This document shows, in pieces, positions 54,355-63,290 of a stretch of 64,000 bases of DNA. The notes under the pieces were generated by a model, which did not search any database, was not told where the DNA came from, and saw only the letters and a list, made by a program, of their open reading frames with translations. The number at the start of each line of letters is the position of its first letter. Position 1 is the stretch's first letter. A program made the translations under genes and the position numbers. The stretch is from Chloroflexota bacterium (GTDB lineage Bacteria; Chloroflexota; Anaerolineae; J036; Brachytrichaceae), in NCBI GenBank assembly GCA_025354985.1, contig JANXLU010000087.1:82813-146812 (forward strand). The letters are read 5' to 3'.

Positions 54355-54672
54355 TCAATCCAGGTGAAAGTATTCGGTTAGTTCCATAAAGTTCTCGTCC
54401 GCTCGCGCCGCGCCATCCATAAATCCGGCCATAAACTCCTGCCAGCGCGTGTTCACATCCAGCGCTGCCATCGCAGCCTGTGCCTCGTGCAGGCTGTGCG
54501 CGGTCTCAAAATAGCCAAAGATCAGCCCATCCGCCCGCATAAACAGCGTGTAGTTTCCCCACCCAGTTGCCCGCAGCGCGGCCAGCATCTCCGGCCAAAC
54601 ATGCTTGTGATGTTCGTTGTAATCCTCAAGTCGATCCGTCCGAACCTTAAATTGAAATCCCACGCGTTTCAT
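54355..54672 (-). CDS. rhaM: L-rhamnose mutarotase
   Basis: MKRVGFQFKVRTDRLEDYNEHHKHVWPEMLAALRATGWGNYTLFMRADGLIFGYFE is the family signature. About 105 aa. Confidence 0.8.
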   Translation of the reverse strand: MKRVGFQFKVRTDRLEDYNEHHKHVWPEMLAALRATGWGNYTLFMRADGLIFGYFETAHSLHEAQAAMAALDVNTRWQEFMAGFMDGAARADENFMELTEYFHLD

Positions 54673-54726
54673 CATCCCCTCCTTGCAAGCACCGGTGCTC
54701 AACCGGCGCATTTCCAGATTCCGGTT

Positions 54727-56169
54727 TCAGCACACCCGTGCAAATCCCACACCCAAAATCTGCGCCAGCTTTTCAAGCTTGTCCGCAATATGCCCCACGC
54801 CGATCGCACAATGATGCGACGGCCCGGCCTTGGCCCACGCAGTCACATACGCCTTTGCCCCAATCGAGAACCGATACCGGCTGTTGGTGTTCCCAATATG
54901 TAGCGTTGGACCGGCCACGCTCTCACCTTCGGATACCAGCAGCCCCACCGACCCATCCCGATGTTGACACACCGACAAAATCGTCACCGGACCATGCCGT
55001 ACGCTCATTTGAACCGACAACCCTTTGCCCGGCTTGCCGTGATACACATTTAGCGGCACCAGTTGCACCCTGCCTTCCGCAATCCCCGCATGCGCCGGTC
55101 CGTCGTGACCCAACAACACCACGTCATCCACAAAGTCCATAAGGTAAAACTCGGAAAACGAACCACCCGCGCCAAACGCATCCATAATCTTCATGGCCAC
55201 CGCGTTCTTCACCTCATACTCACCCGCCACCGGCACGTTTCGCGCCGTCAGCAGCGTGTTACCGGCAATAACCGACGTTGCCACATCCTCGTGCGCGCTC
55301 CCGGGTAGGCCCTCAAAGTAGGTCGCCATGCCGCCCAAGCGACGGTGTATCACCAACTTGTGCAACGCCACGCTGGTTCTGGCTGCACGACGCAGCTCCT
55401 CAAACGTGCAACCCGCACTGACGTCAAACATGTCGCCAAAGTCTTGCACCATGGCATCCACCTCTGCGTCGGTTGCCGCCGCCCGCAACCCGGCAAGCTC
55501 ATCAAATTCGATAAGCTCAAAATGTGTCCCAAACGCGCTGGCCAGCTGTGTATAGTCCGAATACACATCCAGCATTCCGTTGTAATAGTGTCCCATCAGT
55601 CCGATCCGCGTCTGACCAAGCACCTTCGCCACCCGCACCGCACCCACCCAGCTATCTATCTCCGCCCATGTTTCCGAATCCGCAAGCGTGCCGGTCACCA
55701 GGTGATATGGTTTGCCAACACGGTCAAACACACTGGCCAGCTCGGGCACACAACACGCCTGACAGTGCGCCAACCATTCTCCGGTCATGGCTTCACGGCT
55801 CTCAAGCGCATTAAAAGCCGTATAGTCAATCTGCGCCACCGGCTGCAGGTTAAGCACCACCACTGGCACCCGGCTCCGTTGAATAACCGGCAACACCGTC
55901 GAGCTCAGCGCATAAGTCGAGATATACAAAAACACAACGTCAACGTCTGCCGTCGAAAGCTGCCTTGCTGCCCGCGCCGCCGCGTCGAGGTTATCCACAA
56001 GGCCACAGTCAATCACGGTCGCGCCCGATCGCTCCAAGCCCGTCTTGATCCCGGCCAAATAACGAAGCAGCCGCTCGTGCAATCCGGAAAACTGCGGCCA
56101 ATAGGTGTCCAATCCAATCCCAAACAACCCCACTCGTACTGTTTCTGCAGGTGACTTCATAATTTGCAT
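54727..56169 (-). CDS. L-fucose/L-arabinose isomerase family protein
   Basis: 480 aa. VRVGLFGIGLDTYWPQF...VVFLYISTYALSS...GHDGPAH. Next to rhaM. Confidence 0.65.
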   Translation of the reverse strand: MQIMKSPAETVRVGLFGIGLDTYWPQFSGLHERLLRYLAGIKTGLERSGATVIDCGLVDNLDAAARAARQLSTADVDVVFLYISTYALSSTVLPVIQRSRVPVVVLNLQPVAQIDYTAFNALESREAMTGEWLAHCQACCVPELASVFDRVGKPYHLVTGTLADSETWAEIDSWVGAVRVAKVLGQTRIGLMGHYYNGMLDVYSDYTQLASAFGTHFELIEFDELAGLRAAATDAEVDAMVQDFGDMFDVSAGCTFEELRRAARTSVALHKLVIHRRLGGMATYFEGLPGSAHEDVATSVIAGNTLLTARNVPVAGEYEVKNAVAMKIMDAFGAGGSFSEFYLMDFVDDVVLLGHDGPAHAGIAEGRVQLVPLNVYHGKPGKGLSVQMSVRHGPVTILSVCQHRDGSVGLLVSEGESVAGPTLHIGNTNSRYRFSIGAKAYVTAWAKAGPSHHCAIGVGHIADKLEKLAQILGVGFARVC

Positions 56170-56234
56170 TATTTACACAATCCGCGATACCCACGCGATT
56201 CTAGACCCGATGAAGGCGATAATAAATCGCACAC

Positions 56235-57173
56235 ATGACAACACTCAAAGTTGGGTTTATTGGATTGGGCACGATGGGCGGTGCCGTTGCCCGCAACATC
56301 CAGCGCGCCGGGTTCCCAATCGTCGTTCATGATCTCAGCGTTGATGCCGCGGCCACCTTGCGCCACCATGGCGCAACCTGGGCCGCAAGCCCGGTTGAAG
56401 TAATCAACCAGGTGGATATCGTGGTCACCATGGTCTTCGGCCCCAAACAGGTTGATCAGGTCCTCCGTGGCCCGGCCGGTCTAACCTCCGGCAACTGCAC
56501 CGATAAAATTTGGATCGATTGCACTACCGGTGGCCCCGCATTTGCGCGCGAGCTTGCCACGGGCTTTAGGTTGGCCGGCGGCCATGCCATCGACGCACCG
56601 GTCACCGGCTCGGTCGATTCCGCAATCCGTGGGGACATGATCATGTTTGTTGGCGGGGAGGACGACATCATCAAAAAAGCCGGACCTGTGCTCATGGCCA
56701 TGGGTGAATCGCGCCGCGTTGGCGTGTTTGGCAACGGCCACATCGCCAAGCTTGTGAATAACCAACTTTGGAAAATTCACGCCGCCGCCATTGGCGAAGC
56801 GATGGTCACCGCAAAAAAAGCCGGGTTGGAACCCGACGTGTGGTGGGCCGCCATGAAGGGCGGCGCAGCCGACAGCTTCGTCTTGCAGCATGACGTGCCA
56901 TCCATATTCGCCGGCCACTATGACCCCTCCTTTCGACTCGCCTTATGCCTGAAGGATCTTGGGCTCATCACCGAATTAATCACCGAAACCGGCACCCGCG
57001 CCGAGCTCACCCAGGCCACTTACACCCGCTTTCGCGAGGCCGCCGACCGGTATGGTGAGGACGCCGGTGAAATGAGCGTCTGCCGCCTCATCGAAGATGA
57101 CGCCGGGGTCAACCTCCGTGTCTCCGGCGACTGGTTACCACCCTGGCAAGTAAAGCACCCGGACGACCAATAG
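56235..57173 (+). CDS. NAD(P)-dependent 3-hydroxyisobutyrate/6-phosphogluconate dehydrogenase-family oxidoreductase
   Basis: KVGFIGLGTMGGAVARNI, DAPVTGS, and the KLVNN motif. Confidence 0.8.
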   Translation: MTTLKVGFIGLGTMGGAVARNIQRAGFPIVVHDLSVDAAATLRHHGATWAASPVEVINQVDIVVTMVFGPKQVDQVLRGPAGLTSGNCTDKIWIDCTTGGPAFARELATGFRLAGGHAIDAPVTGSVDSAIRGDMIMFVGGEDDIIKKAGPVLMAMGESRRVGVFGNGHIAKLVNNQLWKIHAAAIGEAMVTAKKAGLEPDVWWAAMKGGAADSFVLQHDVPSIFAGHYDPSFRLALCLKDLGLITELITETGTRAELTQATYTRFREAADRYGEDAGEMSVCRLIEDDAGVNLRVSGDWLPPWQVKHPDDQ

Positions 57174-57177
57174 TCAC

Positions 57178-58113
57178 ATGAATATTGCACCCGCACCCCT
57201 CTTTCGCGACCCCATCTTTGACGGCGCCGCCGACCCCACCATCATCTGGAACCACTTGGAAAATGCCTGGTGGCTGCTATATACCAACCGTCGCGCCAAC
57301 GTGGCCTGCAAGCGCTTCGCTTGGGTTCATGGCTCCGATATCGGCATCGCCAGCTCGACCGATGGTTCAAACTGGCTGTATCGGGGCACGCTTCCCGGGC
57401 TTGAATTCGAACCCGGACGCAACACCTTCTGGGCGCCCGAGGTGATCTGGTGCGATGGCCAGTACCACATGTTTGTCAGCTACGTCCCCGGAGTTCCGTC
57501 CGATTGGACCGGTCCGCGCCACATCGTGCACATGACCAGTCCGAACTTGTGGTCCTGGAAATTTGAATCCAAACTGCCCCTGTCGTCCGACAAAGTCATC
57601 GACGCGTGCGTTCTGCGCATGCCCACTGGTGTTTGGCGAATGTGGTACAAGGACGAAACCAACCACTCACACACCTGGCTGGCCGAAAGCCCCGACCTAT
57701 ACACCTGGTGCGTGGTCGGCGCCGTCATAACGGACTGCCCGCACGAGGGTCCAAATGTCTTTTTCTGGCGCGACCAATATTGGATGATTACCGACACCTG
57801 GCACGGTCTCGGCGTGTACCACTCACACGATGCCACAACATGGACGCGCCAACCCGACATTCTCAACACCCCGGGCACGCGGCTCGACGACGCACCCAAC
57901 GGCCTTCACGCCGACGTGCTGATCAACAATGACCGTTCGTTCATCTTCTACTTCACCCACCCCGACCGCACCTCACCCGCAGAGCCCCCGGATCCGCACC
58001 CGCTTTGGTTCAAACGCACATCTCTCCAAGTCGCCGAGCTCGAGCTCTCATCCGCTACACTCACCTGCGACCGCGACGCTCCGTTCGACCTCACCCTGGC
58101 CTCCGCCGCTTAG
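57178..58113 (+). CDS. Five-bladed beta-propeller glycoside hydrolase-like protein (GH43/GH32-clan like)
   Basis: RDPIFDGAADPTIIW...WWLLYT...IGIASSTDGSNW...FWAPEVIW..QYHMFVSY repeats the D-P...W / S-x-D-G-x-x-W blade pattern. Confidence 0.5.
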   Translation: MNIAPAPLFRDPIFDGAADPTIIWNHLENAWWLLYTNRRANVACKRFAWVHGSDIGIASSTDGSNWLYRGTLPGLEFEPGRNTFWAPEVIWCDGQYHMFVSYVPGVPSDWTGPRHIVHMTSPNLWSWKFESKLPLSSDKVIDACVLRMPTGVWRMWYKDETNHSHTWLAESPDLYTWCVVGAVITDCPHEGPNVFFWRDQYWMITDTWHGLGVYHSHDATTWTRQPDILNTPGTRLDDAPNGLHADVLINNDRSFIFYFTHPDRTSPAEPPDPHPLWFKRTSLQVAELELSSATLTCDRDAPFDLTLASAA

Positions 58114-58120
58114 GCCTACA

Positions 58121-58159
58121 CCCGTCCCTACCAGTTCACTGAACGGATAGCGCATGAAG
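58121..58159. repeat. Partial copy of the family A intergenic element
   Basis: CCAGTTCACTGAACGG...CATGAAG. Compare CCAGTTCCC...CCCACTGAACGG at 53631-53698 and CCCACTGAACGGCATGAAG at 63110-63127. Confidence 0.5.
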
Positions 58160-58525
58160 AGTGCCGCGTCCATTCAGCAGGCCCACGTGTGTCCGTTAGT
58201 GTGGTCAAAATTGAAACTGTTTTTGGTAAGAAGTGACCAGCTCGGCGACGTTACAGCCAACGTCATCGCCACAGGGATTTTTGCTGGGTGGGCGTGGGTA
58301 CTTCGCGGGTTGGATGGCATGGCAGTGCGGTCATGACGATCAATAGAACATATGTTCTTTAGTGCCGGTTGAGCGCCGGGAGGATACCAGCGGGTGCCTG
58401 GCCTGGGCGAGGGTGGGCGCTTCAAGTGCTGCGCTATGCGGCGTCCTCGTCGGATAAATCTCATGTGAGAGAACGATCCAAAAATCTGAGAGACCATATC
58501 CGCCCATATAGTTAAAATCACTCTA

Positions 58526-61500
58526 ATGGAAAACGCCATAAATTGGTCAATTGCGAAGCGACTCTCCGTTGCTGCAATCTGTGCGGCGCTTCTCTCGGCC
58601 CCTCAAATCGGATCGGCGCGCTCCACGGTCTCCTCCATAGCAGCAAGCCAGGTCACCATAACGGTCAACACGCTGGATGACAAAGTCGACCCCAATGATG
58701 GCAAATGTTCCTTCCGCGAGGCCATGGGCCGCGCTTTTGGCGCACCAGGATCCAATCTCAGCGAGTGCCCGGCCAGCCAGGGCAACACGCTGATCAAGTT
58801 CGCGATCGCCGGCACAATTGTGCTCAGTGCCAACCCTGGCCCCGGTCTTTCCGGACGCCTGCCCGATACCACCGGCCTGGTCACCATCCAGGGACCCATC
58901 ACTATCGACGCCGGCGCCATCCAGGAGATTCCGTTCAACATCAACAGTAACGGCAAATTTAACCTAATCAACGTCAACATCAAGAACGCTACCTACTCAG
59001 CCATCGATAGCACTGGTGATGTCAAGATCGTCGGCGGAAAATTCGAAAACAATTCCGTGGGCGGCGCGGGCGGCGGCGCAATCCGGAGCGGCGGTACGGT
59101 AAATATCGCCGGCACCAGCTTTAAAAACAACAATGCCGTGCACAAGCCCAACGAAAGCGGCACAAAAGATGGCGGCGCCATTCGCACCAGCTGGGTGCTC
59201 ACCGTGGCTGGCGCAAAGTTTGAAGGCAATGTCGCCGATGGGGAAGGCGGCGCGATCATGTTCGTGGCCGGGCGTATGAGCATCGCCGACACCTCGTTCA
59301 AGGCCAACGTGGCCAAGGGCCAACCCATCGATCTCGACTACTCCGGTGACGGAGGGGCCTTTGGCGATGGGGGTGGCGCAATCGCCACCGGGGCCAGCGG
59401 CAACACCTATCCAATTACCATCAAACGCAGCACCTTTGAAGGCAACACGGCCAGCGAAGGGCAGGGCGGCGCAATCTTTCACAATGGCGGCACCGATCTG
59501 ACCATCACTGACTCGTCCTTCCAAGGAAACCACGCCGGCTCTCCCGGCAAGCTCCGTGCCGGCGGCGCCATATATAACGTCTCCAGCCTTATCACCAAGC
59601 GCACCGTCTTCATCGGCAATTCGGTCGAGGGCGATGGTGGTGCGCTGGCCAATGACAATGCCGGCACCGCCAAGCTGCTCATGGCGGCATTCACTGGCAA
59701 CAATGCCAGCGGAAAAGGCGGCGCCATTGCCAACATGAACCTCACCAACAGTGCCGCCACAATCAATGCCATAGGCACGGCCATAAACGGCAACATCGCC
59801 GGATCCAAAGGTGGCGGAATATACAACCACGATTCGAAATATGACACTGCCGCCTTCCGCATGAGTGTGTTCTCCGGTAACCTGCCGCAAAACTGTCGCG
59901 ACAAAACAACCGCCGACGAAAACACGCCCGACCCAAACGATACCGAGCAGTGGCCGCTTGACAGCAAAGGCCAGAATTCCTTCAGCGATGACTCCTGCGC
60001 TGCCCCGGATAAGGACGACGAGAAGGACAGCACGAAAAAATTTGAGACCGTACCTGCGCCAAATGGCAGCACTATCCCCGGCATGCTGGTGCAAATGCCG
60101 CTGATCACCAGCACCCTGGTGGACACCATGACCGAGGCGCAATACAACCCGGACCACGATCCTGATCTCGAAGACACCGACATCCGTGGCCTGCCGCGCC
60201 TGGCCAATGGCAAAGGCTTTGGTGGCCCTCCACTGTTTGACATCGGCCCGGTGGAGCGTGACAAAGCGACGCCCGAATTCAGCAGTCTGCCCGCACCCAA
60301 TAAGACAATCGATATTGGCAATGCCGCACCTGGAACCTTTGTCACCAAGACCAACGTGCTGCGTATATTTGACGCTGGTGGCAAGGCGCTTACGCTGTCC
60401 GGACTTGCCGTCACCGGAGATTTCAACTTCGAGCTCCTCCCGTCGGTGGTCAGCCCGCTCGGCTCCATGGGCTACGATGTCGGTTGCAAACCCGCAGCGC
60501 TGGGCAATCGCACCGGCACGCTATCATTCAATACCAACGATCCCGACAAAAGTCAGGTTTCCTACAGTCTGACATGCACCGGTGTAAACATCCCCACGCC
60601 CGGCTTCAGGTCCGCACCGATCGCCCCGGGTCCGCTCAGCGCGGTAGCCGCACTCGGCACACCGATCCAACTGGCGCTGGTCGTCTCAGAGTTGGGAAAT
60701 GGCGCGCTCACGCTATCAAACCCGGCACTCCAGTCCGATCCGCCTGGTGCACTCACCCTGACCTCCGCTTTCCCGGTGAACATTCCCAACGGCGGCGCTC
60801 CAACCACGGTGCAGGTGGCATGCACCTCAGCGGCGCTCGGTTTGGCCACCGGCACACTGAACTTCACCACCAACGATCCGTCTCATCCGGCGATTTCCAT
60901 CAACCTTACCTGCGATGTGCAAAAGCCGGCGGATAAGGTCTTCCCGGTGTTCTATTGGGGCACCAGCGGCCTCACGCCAAACCCTGGGCCCTATGGTATC
61001 GCGCTCAGCCCGGATGGTCACTTTGCCTACGTCGCCGATGAGGGCAGCAGCAAAATCGCGGTCTTCGACGCATGGAATGAAAACACCGACAAGAGCTGGG
61101 ACCTGAGCTTCAAGTCATCATTCGACAGTGCCTCGCTCGCCGCGGGCAATCGCTTCACCAGCCCGCTTCAGGTCGCAGTCAGCCAGGGTGGGCGCAACGT
61201 GTATGCAGCCGGCACCGGCGCAGATTCAATTGCGTCATTTACCCGCAACGAAGTCGATGGCTCGCTCACCTGGTTGGATACCGTTCACCAGGGCGATGGT
61301 TACGGCTGTCATCTGTTCCTGCCCTGCGTGGGCGCCGTCAGCGGGTTAAACGGCGCATATGGCATGGCGCTCTCGCCCGATGGCAATTTCGTCTACGTCA
61401 GCGCGATCAACGACAGTGCCGTCGTGGTCTTGCTTCGCGATTCGACCACGGGCGCGCTTACCTCGGTCGAGAGCAATCCGCCTTTCTCCGTGCGCAGCGC

Positions 61501-63019
61501 CAGCTTCGTTCAGAAATATACAAACCCAAACCTACTCTCGGCCTACGGCATTGCGCTCAGCCCAGATGGGGGCCAACTCTATGTGACGGGCTACTCCAGC
61601 AATTCACTGCTGGTGCTGCAGCGCGATCCCATCAGCGGCACGCTTGCCACCGCTCAGGTGCTCACCACCAGCGTCAGCCCCGGGTTGGAAGGTGTCTTCC
61701 GCGTTATCGTCAGCAGCGACGGCCGCTTTGTTTACACCGCCGGCGGCAATACCGGCACCGGCGGCGTGTGTGCGTTTAAGCGCAGCGCAATCGATGGCAC
61801 GCTCACCCGCCTCGGCGGTTGCTATGTGGATTCCCCGCTTCGCGCCCTCGATGGCGCCAGCGACCTGGCGCTCAGCCCCGATGGTCGCCGCCTGTTTGTC
61901 ACCTCGCGCCTTGAAAATGGCATCAGTGCATTTGATCGAAATCCGCAAACCGGCTTCCTCACATTTGTGGAGTCATCCTCCGGAACGGGCACGGTCGGCC
62001 CGGTGAACTTCCCGCCTTTGGGCACCGCACGCGGTGTGGCGGTGGCGCCGGATGGCAACTACGTTTATGCTACCGGGTTTGCCGATGACGCCGTGGTGTC
62101 GTTTCCGAAACCCAATCCCGTGCCCGTGCTGACTGCGCTTACGCCGGCCTCGGCTGTCGCCGGGTCGTTCACCACCACCGTGTTCGTCAATGGCGAGGGC
62201 TTCGTCCCGGCCAGCGTCGTCAAGCTGGGTGGTGCACAGCGCGCCACATCGTTCGTCAACGAGACCCGGCTAAAGGTGATCCTGAAGTCATCAGATCTGG
62301 CCGCAGTAGGCGCGAAGAATCTTACGGTGGAAACCCCCGGACCCGGCGGCGGTGTCACGTTACCGTTCGCGTTCAACGTCGTGGCAGGCATCTCCGCGCT
62401 CATCCCGGCTGTCGACAATATCAGCGTGCTCGGGCTGGTTGCCGGCAGCGCCCAATCACAGATCACCATCAATGGCCGCGACTTCGTCCCGAGTGCCGTC
62501 GTGTTTTGGAACGGTTCGCCGCGCCCAACCACCTTTGTCAATAATCAGCAACTGACCGCCCTGATCCAGTCGGATGACTTGACCCAAGCCGGTGAAAGTG
62601 TGGTCACGGTGAAGAATACCGCCGTACTCGCCCGCACGTCGGTCGCGTCTGCTCCTTCAAACAAAGTGGCGATCACCGTGGTCTCGCCCAACGCCAACCC
62701 ACCGCCTGCGCTCACCTCAATGAGTCCAACCAACATTCGCCAATTGACCGACATCACTCAACTGGACGTGCTGCTCGTGGGCAACGGCTTCAGCGAGGCT
62801 AGCGTCGCCTTGTGGAACGGCAACATCCGGCCCACGCACTTTCTCGATGCCACCCACATACGCGTCACGCTCAACGGCGCAGATACCGTTGATCTCGGTC
62901 GGCAAAGCATCACCATCGAAAACCCGGCTCCGGGCGGTGGTATCTCAAACGTGCTCGGCTTCGAAGTGCTTCCGCCCACTACACCAAGTCCGGTACTCCT
63001 TCCACTGCTCATGCGCTAG
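58526..63019 (+). CDS. Large secreted multidomain protein: Pmp-like beta-helix repeats, 2 choice-of-anchor-D-like domains, lactonase-type beta-propeller repeats, 3 IPT/TIG-like domains
   Basis: Signal peptide (RLSVAAICAALLSAPQIGSARS). At least 9 GGAI-type repeats (GGGAIRS, DGGAIRT, GGAIMF, GGGAIAT, QGGAIFH, AGGAIYN, DGGALAN, KGGAIAN, KGGGIYN). GTLSFNTNDPDKSQVSYSLTC and GTLNFTTNDPSHPAISINLTC. Repeated G(I/M)ALSPDG..(Y/F)V blades. Three L(T/I)..(T/S)P....G......(V/I)NG.(G/D)F units. Confidence 0.75.
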   Translation: MENAINWSIAKRLSVAAICAALLSAPQIGSARSTVSSIAASQVTITVNTLDDKVDPNDGKCSFREAMGRAFGAPGSNLSECPASQGNTLIKFAIAGTIVLSANPGPGLSGRLPDTTGLVTIQGPITIDAGAIQEIPFNINSNGKFNLINVNIKNATYSAIDSTGDVKIVGGKFENNSVGGAGGGAIRSGGTVNIAGTSFKNNNAVHKPNESGTKDGGAIRTSWVLTVAGAKFEGNVADGEGGAIMFVAGRMSIADTSFKANVAKGQPIDLDYSGDGGAFGDGGGAIATGASGNTYPITIKRSTFEGNTASEGQGGAIFHNGGTDLTITDSSFQGNHAGSPGKLRAGGAIYNVSSLITKRTVFIGNSVEGDGGALANDNAGTAKLLMAAFTGNNASGKGGAIANMNLTNSAATINAIGTAINGNIAGSKGGGIYNHDSKYDTAAFRMSVFSGNLPQNCRDKTTADENTPDPNDTEQWPLDSKGQNSFSDDSCAAPDKDDEKDSTKKFETVPAPNGSTIPGMLVQMPLITSTLVDTMTEAQYNPDHDPDLEDTDIRGLPRLANGKGFGGPPLFDIGPVERDKATPEFSSLPAPNKTIDIGNAAPGTFVTKTNVLRIFDAGGKALTLSGLAVTGDFNFELLPSVVSPLGSMGYDVGCKPAALGNRTGTLSFNTNDPDKSQVSYSLTCTGVNIPTPGFRSAPIAPGPLSAVAALGTPIQLALVVSELGNGALTLSNPALQSDPPGALTLTSAFPVNIPNGGAPTTVQVACTSAALGLATGTLNFTTNDPSHPAISINLTCDVQKPADKVFPVFYWGTSGLTPNPGPYGIALSPDGHFAYVADEGSSKIAVFDAWNENTDKSWDLSFKSSFDSASLAAGNRFTSPLQVAVSQGGRNVYAAGTGADSIASFTRNEVDGSLTWLDTVHQGDGYGCHLFLPCVGAVSGLNGAYGMALSPDGNFVYVSAINDSAVVVLLRDSTTGALTSVESNPPFSVRSASFVQKYTNPNLLSAYGIALSPDGGQLYVTGYSSNSLLVLQRDPISGTLATAQVLTTSVSPGLEGVFRVIVSSDGRFVYTAGGNTGTGGVCAFKRSAIDGTLTRLGGCYVDSPLRALDGASDLALSPDGRRLFVTSRLENGISAFDRNPQTGFLTFVESSSGTGTVGPVNFPPLGTARGVAVAPDGNYVYATGFADDAVVSFPKPNPVPVLTALTPASAVAGSFTTTVFVNGEGFVPASVVKLGGAQRATSFVNETRLKVILKSSDLAAVGAKNLTVETPGPGGGVTLPFAFNVVAGISALIPAVDNISVLGLVAGSAQSQITINGRDFVPSAVVFWNGSPRPTTFVNNQQLTALIQSDDLTQAGESVVTVKNTAVLARTSVASAPSNKVAITVVSPNANPPPALTSMSPTNIRQLTDITQLDVLLVGNGFSEASVALWNGNIRPTHFLDATHIRVTLNGADTVDLGRQSITIENPAPGGGISNVLGFEVLPPTTPSPVLLPLLMR

Positions 63020-63054
63020 GCCGGCCCCGGAAATCGTTCCGGCCGCCCTTATTT

Positions 63055-63127
63055 AGCTCCCTCTCTTGTCGGTGGGTGCCTGGCCTTCCCACCATGCGCC
63101 TCCAGCTGCCCACTGAACGGCATGAAG
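63055..63127. repeat. Copy of the family A intergenic element
   Basis: AGCTCCCTCTCTTGTCGGTGGG...GCCCACTGAACGGCATGAAG, related to 53634-53700. It sits just after the stop of the 1497-aa gene, following a short CCGGAA-ATCG-TTCCGG hairpin (63027-63042). Confidence 0.55.
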
Positions 63128-63290
63128 GCTTTTGGTCAGTAGCCTGACGTGTCAGGTCCTGTTCGCCAAACCCTGCCATCAAAATTGCGGGCAAGCCGAA
63201 CCTCTCATGCACCCTACCTGTATCCGGGCCACGGACCAAAGCCCTCAATTTTGAATGCACCTTCTCCTCGTAATGGACAATAGTCATCAC

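Noticed and set aside
58154-58336. 60-aa plus-strand ORF upstream of the 1497-aa gene as a real small gene
   Set aside because: Only about 12 codons (LGDVTANVIA) resemble anything, namely the USP-like gene at 63291+. The rest has no features. It is treated as a relic fragment; see the finding on flanking duplication.
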